Below are positions 27,001-38,200 of a DNA stretch of 64,000 nt, one piece after another. This stretch comes from Azolla caroliniana (taxonomy: Eukaryota > Plantae > Polypodiophyta): NCBI GenBank assembly GCA_043228905.1, contig JBHGNT010000001.1, positions 25,172,001 to 25,236,000 of the forward strand, given 5' to 3'. A program made the position numbers and the translations under genes. Each line of letters begins with the position of its first letter. The first letter of the stretch is position 1. The notes under the pieces are model-generated. The model saw nothing but the letters and a program-made list of their open reading frames with translations, ran no database searches and had not been told where the DNA came from.

Positions 27001-29187
27001 AAAGGCCTATTGAAGTCCGAAGGGTAATATTTTCCGAAGTGCCAACCCTTCATGACGGCCCAACACACAACGTGAGATCGGTTTCACGGGTAACCGACTT
27101 CTCTCGCACCGAATCCACAGATTCGGCACAGCCGAATGGCTCGGCTTCCGACCATCCCACATCGACACCCGGTGCGACCAGTCCAGTCATACCTCGAAGA
27201 TCCGAGAGACTGTCGCAACCTCCGGAGAGGTACTCTCCCGGAATTCCGATTCAACCACCTGGCATTTGGCAATGGAGTTGGAAATGCACTCCATCCGCGC
27301 CAACAAGACTTGGGATTTGGTCGACTTACCGAAGAATCGACGCACTCTTCCTTGCAAGTGGGTCTATAGACTAAAGGAGACGTCCGACTCGACCACCCCA
27401 AAGTACAAGGCCAGATTAGTTGCGAAGGGATTTCGACAGGAATATGGCGTTGACTTCGACGAAATCTTTTCACCAGTGGTGAAAATGACAACCCTTCGTT
27501 TCATGCTCGGTGTTGTGGCTGCCGACAATTTGGAGCTGATTCAGTTAGATGTGAAAACGACATTCCTCCACGGTGATCTAAAGGAGGAAATCTACATGGA
27601 GCAACCGAAAGGCTTTGTGGCCACCGGTCAGGAACATCTAGTCTGCCGACTCAGGAAGAGTCTTTACGGCCTGAAACAGGCACCCCGATAGTGGTACAAG
27701 AAGTTCGACGATTTCATCCAGTCGGTCGGCTTCTCCAAGAGCGATGAGGACCACTGCCTCTTCACCAAAACCGCTCAAGACGGTTCTCTCGTCTTCCTCA
27801 TCATCTACGTGGACGACACGCTACTCTCCGGTCGGCATACCGGAGAGCTCACCGAACTCGTTCGAAAACTGTGATTGAAGTTTGCCATGAAGGACCTCGG
27901 TCCGGCAAGACACATACTTGGAATGAAGATTAGTCGGAATCGCGCCAAAAGACAGCTTTTTCTGTCTCAAACCGACTACATCGGACGTGTCTTGGAACGC
28001 TTCAACATGCAATCGGCCAAGTCTGCTTCGACCCCGCTCCCCATTCATCTTCGGCTTTCTCAGCGAGACTGCCCGACATCCGGTCTGGAGGGGAAGATAT
28101 GAAGTCGGTACCGTATGCACCGGCAGTAGGCTCTCTAATGTACGCGATGGTCGCGACACGGCCTGATATTTCTCACGCCGTAGGAGTCATCAGCAGATTT
28201 ATGCACAATCCCGGCCGATCGCACTAGAACGCAGTCAAGCATGTGTTCAGATATTTAGCTGGCACAAAAGACCACGACATCCTTTTCAGTCCGAACTCAA
28301 CTTCAGGTGTAGTCGGTTACACCGACTCGGACTTCGCCGGCTGTGTGGACAATCGCAAGTCAACAACCGGATATTGCTTTAAATTCGGCAATGGAGCAAT
28401 CTCGTGGAAGTTGAAACTTCAGGAGTGCACAACCACCTCAACGACTGAAGCAGAATATGTAGCTGCCTCCAACGCAACGAAAGAAGCTTTATGGCTCGGT
28501 TGGCTAGCGCACACGTTTCGGCAAGTCGACTCTGACTCGGCTCCAGTTGTCTACAACGACAATCATAGTGCCGTTGCTTTGTCGAAAATCCCGGTTCATC
28601 ACAATGCCTCCAAGCATATCGAAGTTCGATATCACTTTGTTCGGGATTGCATCATTTCCGGGAAAATCGGTTTAGAGAAGATATCCACAACCGATAATGT
28701 CGCAGATGGAATGACCAAGTGTCTTTCGGCAGACCGGTTCCGGTCTCTTCGGCAACAGATGGGCGTAACAACATATCGGTCCGGTTGAAGCCAGACATAG
28801 TGCAGGACAATTTCGGACAACAGACATCGGTTCACTGACGATTGGCTTCAGCTTTTCCGACCCGACCAGTTTGGTCTTCTGTCTACGGATCATGCCGATT
28901 CGAACAAAACCGACCTGTCTGAGAACCTATGCCTATACCTGTACTTTTTAGATAACCCATGTATACGCCCATTACGGGGGAGTGTCGAATACAAATGTAT
29001 AATGGACGTATTCACACTATCCTCTTAGAGAGCCCAAGTTCGGGCTATTTCTGTAAACAACATAAAGGGCAGTTGCCCTAAATGAGTCACTATATAAAGT
29101 GACTTTGTAACCTTTTGTAAAGGTTGGTTGTTCATTGTTGTAGTTGTTGCCCTTTTATGTATATAGATATATTCTTTGTGCCTCTCG

Positions 29188-29221
<34 letters not shown>

Positions 29222-29321
29222 GCGTATTTTGTTCTTGCCTTTCTCATACGCAGGTATTTCTTCCTCACAGTTTCATACTGTGTGATCTCTTCCGCACTGA
29301 CGGCCTTGTTCACCCCCTACA
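23767..29321 (+). mobile_element. Full-length Ty1/copia element C1 (Tnt1-like); 339-bp LTRs 23767-24105 and 28983-29321
   Basis: TG...CA LTRs with a handful of differences. PBS tggtatcagagc (Met-i) at 24108-24119. PPT gggggag lies before 28983. TSD ttgct / ctgct. Confidence 0.95.
24816..28788 (+). pseudogene. C1 gag-pol (gag, zinc knuckle, protease, integrase, RT, RNase H), disrupted by stops and frameshifts
   Basis: FDGSNFNFWK, WLLDSGTSYH, LDLVHSDVCGP, RTDNGGEF, PEQNGIAERMNRT, YKARLVAKGF, QLDVKTTFLHG, GYTDSDFAG and SKHIEVRYHF are spread over several ORFs in copia order. Confidence 0.93.
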
Positions 29322-30094
29322 CTGCTTCTCCACCAATATGTGAAATGCACATAAAGAGACTCCAAACCAGCTTGCTTAGCTTCTTACTTCTTGCTCAATT
29401 TATAATTGATACAAAGGTACCCATTTGGGTTGGCTTATCTTAGCTACATGCGTCCTAAAAAGGGTGTGCTTAACGGGGGCACAAAGAAACACATGCAGAC
29501 CATAATATGTGCTTAGATGTAGTCACATATAAATAGGTGATGCTCTAGCCTTTAAATACATCTTAAAATGTGATCTTACAATCATACCAATCACAGATTC
29601 TATTTTTAGACCTAGAATATTCTTAACTAGGTAAATTGGTTTAATTTATTACTAGAGTTAGTTTCAACATGCACAGACTACCTTTGCTAACATTCAACTA
29701 TTATTTCCACACATCTAAAGTGTTAGGATTTTGTCCCTCCTAATGGGAGAAGTTGGCAGCCCAATTCTGGTCGGTCAGCCGGATTGACCAACGAGTCGAT
29801 TTGGGAGTTGACTAAATTGAAGGTTGATTGAATCGAAGGACTTTGAGAGTCAACCAGTCGGGTCGACCAAGAGGTCGAAGTTGACACCAACTAGTCGGTC
29901 CGACTATGTGGATGAAGATGAGTCAACTAGTCTGACTGACTGAGTGGTCAAAGACAAGGCCAAATAATCGGACTGTCTGAATAGTCGACAATAGGAGTCG
30001 GCTAGTCGGATCGACTATACCGTCGACCTGGGGGTTGGACAATCGAGTCAACAAGTTGGCTAATTAATTATTATTATATTATAATAATATCTTA

Positions 30095-30128
<34 letters not shown>

Positions 30129-30493
30129 GTAGTTGTAACAATAGTATTATGTGAGATAAGAGATACATAAAAGAGAAGAGAAGAGAAGAGAAGAGAAGAG
30201 AAAGAGTGTGCGTCTGAGAGGAAGTGAAGGCATTGTTTTGTGGAACTTGCCCAAACCCTAGTAAGGGATTCCCTAAGATTTGAGTGTTGCATATAGAAAG
30301 TTTGAGAGCTTTGTAACCTGCTCTTTGTACTTTTGAATCATAGTGAAACTTGCTACCCCGTGGTTTTCCCCGTTTTAGGGTTTCCACATAAAGGTTGTGT
30401 AGTTTGAGTTTTTTGTTTGCGTCTCTATCTATTTTTCTCGTTTATATATGACCTTAAAACTCAACAAACTGGTATCAGAGCTTGAGGTGCTAG

Positions 30494-33483
30494 ATGGAAG
30501 GAGGTGTGAGTGGTTTTCTAGGAATGATAGTCCTGAACACACATAACTACTCAGACCAGAAGATCAAGATAGAGTATCTTCTGATAGATAGAGACCTATA
30601 CGAGCTTATAGACATGAAAGAGATACCCATAGGGATGCTAAAGTCTGAATGGAAAATCCTGAATAGGAAGGCAGTGGCAACCATCAGATAGTGTGTAGAC
30701 GTGAGTGTCCTTCAACATGTGGCTAATGACATAAATACCTACGACCTGTGGCACAAGCTCTTTGGCTTGTATGAAAGGAAAAATGCTCTCAACAAAGCTT
30801 CTCTAATGAGAAAGATAGTGAGACTAAAGTACAGAGATGGTGAAAGCATTGTGGTATGCATAAACACTTTCATGGGGTTAGTGAACCAACTTGCGGCGGC
30901 GAAGTTTCTGTTAGATGACTCCTTAAAGGCCCTACTACTGTTGTGTACCGTACCAGGCATCTGGAAGAACTTGGTGGTGTCCCTTAGTGCTTCGTGCCAA
31001 GACGAAAGTATTTCTTTACAAGTGGTAAAGACAAGTATCCTAAACAAAGAGACAAGAAGAATGGACACAGGTGTCCTGTCCCAAGTGGAAGTGAATGTGG
31101 CACGAAACCTTGGCAGAGGTAGAAGTAAGAATAGGAGTCCACAAAATAGAGACAAGTCTCATGCCAGGTCAAAGTCCAGGGGAAGACTCGCATGTTTCTA
31201 TTGTGGGAAACCTAGACACTTCCAAAAGGATTGTTGACATCTTAAGAAAGACAAAGGTGTTGTTAATGATGTCAAACCCAAGAAGATATCTGAGGAGAAA
31301 AGCACTTCAGCCATCGCTACTAGTAAAGAAGAGCTTTTATTCATTTGTGAGCAAGTGAGTGTAAACCTTGCAAATGAAGAGTGCTCTTGGGTGATTGACT
31401 CCGGTTGATCATTCCATCTAACTCCCACACGAGAATGTTTTTTGTCTTACACAGTTGGTGACTATGGCTATCTAAAGATAGGAGATAATGCAGCATGCAA
31501 GATTGATGGCATTGGGAGTGTATGTTTGACAATAGCAACCGACTATAAGTTAGTATTGAGGGATGTATGACATGTGTTGGATGTTAGACTGAATCTTATA
31601 TCAACCGGAAGACTTGACGATGATGGCTACAATGGTAGTTTTCAAAATGGTATGTGGAAGTTTTGCAAGGGAAGTCTCATAGTGGCCCGAGTACAAAAAC
31701 AGGGTACATGATACGTGATGCATGCCAAGTTGTGGAAAGATGAAGCAAATGTGGCAACCGACTCCGATGGTGAGTTATGGCATAAGAGGCTTGGTCACAT
31801 GAGTGAGGGAGGTATTCATATCCTAGCCAAGAAGAAACTTCTTCTAGAAGTAAAAAGGGTGCATTTAGATAAATGTGTGGACTGCCAGGCCGGAAAATAG
31901 AGCTGCATTTCACTCTATGCCACCAAAAAGAAGAGAATGTGCGCTAGAATTGGTCCACACAGATGTATGCTACGTGGATGCTCAATCACATCATGGTGGA
32001 CAATAGTTTGTAACATTCATTGACGACTACAATAGAAAGTTGTGGGCTTTCGTGCTAAAGTCTAAAGACCAAGTGTTGTCGGTCTTTAAGGAGTTTCCGG
32101 CTAATTTAAGCAGAAAGATAATTCGGAAAGAAGTTGAAGGTTGTTCGGACAGACAATGATGGTGAGTACAGAGGACAATTCGAGGAGTATTGCAAGACCC
32201 AAGGCATAAAATTCGAGTATATAGTGTTCAAGACCCCTGAGTTGAATGGTCTTGCATAGAGGATGAATCGAACTCTAATGGAAAGGGTGAGGAGCATGTT
32301 GTCACATGCAAAGCTTCCAAGGTCGTATTGGGTTGAAGCTATGTTGAAAGTTATCTATCCTATAAACATGTCTCCCTTAGTGCCCCTAAAAGGTGGTCCC
32401 ACAATGGGTGTGGACAGGTAAAAGTGTGTCCTATCAACACTAGAAGGCGTTCGGATGCTTGGCATATATCCATGTTGCAAAGAACCAAAGGTCGAAGTTG
32501 GACAAGTCGAAACCAAGCATATTTCTAGGGTACTCTAAAGATGAATTTGGCTACAGGTTGTGGGATTTACTTGGCAAGAAAGTGGTGAGGAGTCGAGACA
32601 TTGTATTCATGGAAGACAAGACAATTGAAGGCTAGAAACAACATAAGGCATAGTCGTCTTCCCAGTTGACTACCACCACTATGGGCTCAACACTAGCCGA
32701 CTAAAGATAGCCGATTGATAGGAGACAACCAATCGATACAACAAAATTTGAATTGGTCGACTCGGAGTAACTGACTGATATATATGAGTTGGAGTCAACC
32801 GACCCACAGAAATTGATTGAAGCATATGAGTCGGAGTCGGTTGACCTTCAACAACCAATTGACATGTATGAACCCGAGCAGAATGAAGAGTCGGTAGACA
32901 CATCCAAACTGGAGTCGACGATGGGAGGTAGAAGATATCGACTCAGACAAAGGAAAGCACCTTCTCAATACTCTCACCAATATGTTCTACTGATTGATGA
33001 GGATGAACCGAAATGTTATAAGAAGCCATGGCAAATGAGCACAAAGAGAAGTGGCATAGTGCAATGCAAGATGAAATGGACTCCTTGCATGAAAATTATA
33101 CATACACCTGGTAAACCTACCGAAAGGTAAGAGAGCCTTGAGAAACAAATGGATCTTCAAGCTAAAAAATGGGGAAGATGGCAGCTCACCCAGATACAAG
33201 GCCCGAATTGTAGTAAATGGATTTCAACAAAAGAAAGGGATCAACTTTGATGAGATATTTTCACCACTCATAAAGATGACATCCATATGAACTATATGCA
33301 TATATGGCTGCAGTAAAGGCTAGAAAAGAATTGATTTGGATGAAGAATTTTCTCAGTGAACAAGAAATGAAACAAGAGAGGTTCCTACTTCACTGTGATA
33401 ACCAAAGTGCCATACATCTAGGCAAGAATGTTGCTTACCACTCTCGTACCAAGCACATACAAAGGAGGTACCATTGGTTACGA
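30494..33483 (+). pseudogene. C2 gag-pol, heavily degraded, with most of RT deleted near 33300
   Basis: LMRKIVRLKY, CFYCGKPRHFQKDC, LWHKRLGHMSE, NKWIFKLK...YKARIV, then a jump to CDNQSAIHL...RTKHI. Confidence 0.85.
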
Positions 33484-35241
33484 GGAAAACAAGAATGACC
33501 AACAATTACAAAGAGAAGGAGAAGATGCTTATGTAGTTACCTTCTCTCTAGGTTCTCTCACTAGAGTCGCCTCTTGGGAAAGAGGTCGAGTCTTAACTAC
33601 TCAAAGAATATGTGTCATAGAACATTAATATCCTATGACACAAACAGAGACAGGGAGATAGAAAGAGAAAGAATGAATTTAGTTTAATTTTGAGTTTTTG
33701 TTGCTCATCTCTACAAGGCTCATGGAGCATGGGGAATGTGAAAGCTCATAAGTTATGTGTCATAGAATATGATTCTATGACTCATACTAAATGCTAGAAT
33801 ACAAAGAGGTGATTTAATGGTGACTCTTGACCGTTGGAGTGTCTATTCACTCTCAAGGTGAGTTCACACACTAGACCAAGTTGAGCTTGATTCTCAACAC
33901 GCCCCTTCAAGCTCAAGTCGGGTCGGTTTCAGACGGTATCCGAAATCCGCTTCGACTCGCGTTCTGGAGTCCGCATCGACTCGCATTTATGCGGAGTTGC
34001 GGAATCCGTGCTCCAGCTTGCGTTGTGCTCGGCTTGCGTCTTTCTTCGCGGCTTCGTTGCATGGTTGCGTAATCCACGCGTTATTGCGTAATGTCTTCAG
34101 TACTCTCCCTCAAGCTTGGCAGGTCAGGGATCGTCAATCCGAGATCGGTCATGAATTGCCATAACTTGTTGGCTCCTAAGGCTTTAGTGAAGATGTCGAC
34201 CGTTTGAAGATTGGTGCTAATGTGTTGTAGGCCGACATCGCCAGCCAGGATGCGCTCTCGGATGAAGTGATAGTGCACTTCGATGTGCTTTGTCCGCGCG
34301 TGGAACACCGGGTTCCGAGCCAGATAGATACTGCTCATGTTGTCGCAGTAAAGGGGAGTCGGATCCTTGATGGGTACGCCCAGATCCTTCAAAATCCTCT
34401 TGAGTCATACGGCTTCACACGCAGCTACGGTTGCGCCCCTGTATTCCGCCTCCGTACTCGAAAGGGCGACGGTAGGCTGCTTCTTGCTACTCCAGGATAT
34501 TGCTCTACTGCCGAAGGAGAAAACAAATCCGGAGGTTGATCTTCTATCGGCTTTGTAGCCAGCCCAATCGGCGTCGGTGTACCCCTCGAGACGTATTGGC
34601 ATCGCGGTGTCGTGAAGAAAACCGTCCACAAGTGGAATCGGTGCACAGGAGCGTAGGAACCGGCTCTTCTCGAATGTTGTCCATAAAAGATCCTAGGCGG
34701 GTAGATTTAGTGGGTAGGAAGTAAAGGGGAAACGGCTCCTTCCTTGCCTATAAAAAGGAGGGAGACGAGAAGGGGGAGGGGGATCGCGGAGAGTCGAGGA
34801 CGAAGTGCTATCGGTTTGCGTGCGAAGGCTCTCTCTCTCTCTCTGGTTGGCAAACTCCATAGCTTCGTTCAGTGCAGGTTTCGGGAGGCTCGCACTACTC
34901 TGAGGAATGCCCGAGTGCTTCCGGCAGCACCTCCAACCTGCTCCTGTCTTTTTGTGCGTTTACGAACAGGCATCGACATCTGTTCGCCGGCCTGTTCGGT
35001 TGTAACCGACTTCGTGTTTTGTTGCTTCCGTGTTCTTGTTGTTGTCTTTGTTAATATACATACATACATTCGTGTCTCTCTGTGTCGCTGTCCCACTCGC
35101 GTCTTTGTGTCGAAGGGCCGTGTCCCTGTGAATCTACGCTCGCACGTAGTGGGTCTCTTGTCCTTTCTCTCTTGCTCTTCGGTACAGGACCCCTGAGGTC
35201 CCGCCTCATTCCACGCATCTGCGAAGAAAACCTCGACATCT

Positions 35242-35259
35242 TGGTGAACCCGACGTGAA
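35242..35259 (+). promoter_or_regulatory. 18-nt primer-binding site complementary to tRNA-Trp
   Basis: tggtgaacccgacgtgaa is the reverse complement of the recalled plant tRNA-Trp 3' end TTCACGTCGGGTTCACCA, 3 nt after the LTR. Confidence 0.88.
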
Positions 35260-35281
35260 GGAGGCGGCAGAAGAGCAGAAG

Positions 35282-38200
35282 ATGAAGGGGTCGGATCTTG
35301 CAGAGGCCATGGCTTCGGCCGTGGATCGGATATTGAGTGCACGCGAGGGCACCGGCGCCCTCGACAGAGCCATTGAGGCGGTCGTCGGTACGATCGGCCG
35401 GTTCAGCGGAAAGGATGCCACGAAGTATTTGGCGTCCTACGGGGCAGAAATGCTGATGCGGGACATTCCGGAAGAGAGGCGTCTCGCCGGGTTTCCTCGA
35501 GTAGCGATGCCGAGCATCCATGCGGAGGTGCTCGAGGTGCGGGCGGAGAGCCGTACCTGGGAGGAGTTCGAAGGCCGACTCCTAGAAAAATACGGGCTGG
35601 ACGACGCGCTCCGGCTTTCGAAACGAGACTTCATGGAATGGGTGTAGTCCCCCGGCAAGGGAAGAAACGCGTCGGCACTCCTCCGGGAGTTCGAAGAACG
35701 CTTTGCGCGCCTTTCGGCGCTTGACCGAACTGTTCTGGATACGAGCCGGGTCCTACTGTTCGTCAAGTCGGTGGACGCGCGGGACCGGGATCAAGTCGGC
35801 TCCTTGCTGGAAACCAAAGACGGGCTGACAACCGACTGGGCTGCGGTTAAGAGAGTCTGTGGCCGTTTCGACAAACGGCGAGAATGGGCTGACAACGGGG
35901 CGGCCGGTGCGGGCTCTGTCACAGCAAGGAGGCTTGAACCGGCACCGCAAGTGCGAAGGGAAGAAACCCGGGAATGGCTCGAAACCGGTCCGGCTTCGAC
36001 CGGCATGGTCAATGGCTCGTCCGGAGGAGCGGCGCTGGAGGAGTTGATGCGGGCGATAAAGGATCTCCAGATCGCCCAGACTCGAAGGGAAGGCGGCGAA
36101 CCGGCTCGTGACCGACGGCCGGCAGCGGGGAACAGGTGCATGTGGTGCGACGAGGTCGGCCACATTCGGAAGGACTGCGGTGATTTCGCAGAGGCGTTGA
36201 GGAACCGGGTGGTGTACCTGTGGGAAGGCCGGGTGCACGCCGGCGACACCAGGAGGGCCCTGAACCGAAACGACGGGCGAGGAGGTATGAAGAGACTGAT
36301 GGAAGAGGCAGCGGCCCGACACGTAGAGGCCAATCACTACTCGGCGTCTGCCGGAATTCGGGTCGGGGGCAGCGAGGCCCGAACAGAGGGCAAAGACGGA
36401 TTCTGGTCGGCAATGCTGGAAGGTCTTGCCGGCGCACGGCTAAGGAAAGATGAGACGGACCGCGCTGAGAGACGGGTCCGGGAAATAACCGGGTGGAGCG
36501 ATCCGGTCGAGGAGAAGACGGGCTTCGTAGAAGCCGCCTGCCGGAACTACGAGGCTCTGGTAGAAGACAAACGAGTGGGGAAAGCCGGAGCGGCCGGGCC
36601 CTCACAACGGTACGAGACCCGATTCGGGCAACGACGGAACGATGCCGGCGGGTCCAGCTCGCAAGATAACCCCAGGAAGGGCGGATACCGACTGGGGACG
36701 GAGATAGAAAGGACTACGGACCTACGAAAGGTCCTAGAAGAACGGATCCTCGACATCAAAGTGGAGCTGTCATTGCGAGAGGTGTTAGGGATCGCCAAGA
36801 AGGAGTTCCACAACTCCATTGTAGACCGGTGGAGACGGAACCGGAAAGACCGGTGGAGGTGCGGACGACGCACATCGACGACATGGCGCTGGAAGATGAG
36901 TGGGCAGAGAGCCACTATTCAAGGCCGCACTGGGCCCGAGCAACCACGGAGACCCCGATGAAGATCGGAGATGTTCAGGAACCGGTGGTGGCATTGGTGG
37001 ACCACGGTTCGGAAATAAACCTGATGTCAATGGACTTCTATAAGAAGGGAAAGTGGCCGATCAACACCAAGCACGGGTGGAAGATACGGGCGGCGACGCA
37101 CACCACCGAGGAACTGCACGGGGCCTGCCCGAACGTGCGAGTCAAGATCGGCGACGTCGAGATTGACCAGCACTTCTTCGTACAGGAGACGTCCTCGCAC
37201 CCGGTCATATTAGGGGAACCATACATCACGGCGGCGCGAATGGAGACCAAGGTGCTGGATAAACGGTTCGGCCTACGCGAGGGTCAAAAGCCAGGACGGG
37301 CGCCATTCGGTTCAATTTCTGACGGTGCGGCCGAACCACGAGAGAAACCGCGAATCCCTCGGTGGCGAGAACCGGGAGGATTTTTAGAGAGGGCTGCCAA
37401 GGCGTGGGGCCGAGACAGCCCGGACACTCGGGAAAGACCCCACGACTGTACGATAGAACCGAAACCGAAGGAACCCTGTACGATAAGTAGGAAATTCTGC
37501 TTCTCCAACAACGGAGGGTGTATGATAGTCGGCATCGTCGGCCGAGAAAAGACAAGGGCGGAAGTGTGACTTCGAGCGTGCGGAGTTCTCGGCCCGGACG
37601 AGGAAATCAGCGGAGCCGTGGAGGCGGTCTCCTTCGACGACACCTTGGGAATGCTGGGGGAGGTAGCCGGAGAAGACCTTAATGAAGACCGGACGATACC
37701 GGTATGTTCCGAAGAGATGTACAAAGTCATCGCGAACTTCAGTCGGGGGCTCAGGTCGGATCGGACGGCCCGAGTTAGCACGAAGTACAAGACTGTGGAC
37801 CGGAAGGTAAGGCCCGTCGCGGCACCCTTACCGGAGGGCAGCGAGTCCCGAATCAGAGGGGTTGCGTCGGACCCCAGTTTACGAGATCCGGCCTGCATAG
37901 GACACACCTTCACCGATGGGACGCTCCGGGAGCTCAAGATCGGTGGGGGCGGGTTCCTATTGTCGGCGGAGGAAGATCGGTTTCGGAGAATGCTCGGAAG
38001 GCACGGGAAAGCCTTCGCGTTTTCGCCGGAAGAGATCGGGTGCGTAGACCCGACGATGGTGGAGCCGATGGTGATATTCACGGTACCGCATGTGCCGTGG
38101 AATCTCAAGCCGATTTCAGTACCGAGAGCCCACATCCCGAAGTTGATGGATCTATTGAGGCAAAAAGTCCATATGGGCATTCTCGAACCGTCGAGTGCCC

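Larger units (their letters stand above)
19589..29504 (-). mobile_element. Degenerate Ty3/gypsy element G1 (tRNA-Ala primed); LTRs 19589-19822 and 29339-29504; contains copia C1
   Basis: Gag is at about 22688-23700. RT KKDDGTLRFCIDFKPLNK...YPLPRMDDLLD (21983-22279), RNase H LQTDASNHGLG (21052-21441) and integrase zinc finger GHLG..YYWP..YIKQC (20555-20803) are in gypsy order. PPT complement is at 19823. TSD atat is at 19585-19588 and 29505-29508. Confidence 0.9.

Noticed and set aside
34744-35521. ORFs of about 150 aa in the G2 LTRs (also 42116-42556) and long antisense ORFs over G2 pol
   Set aside because: No recognisable motifs; such ORFs are expected in GC-rich, stop-poor sequence.
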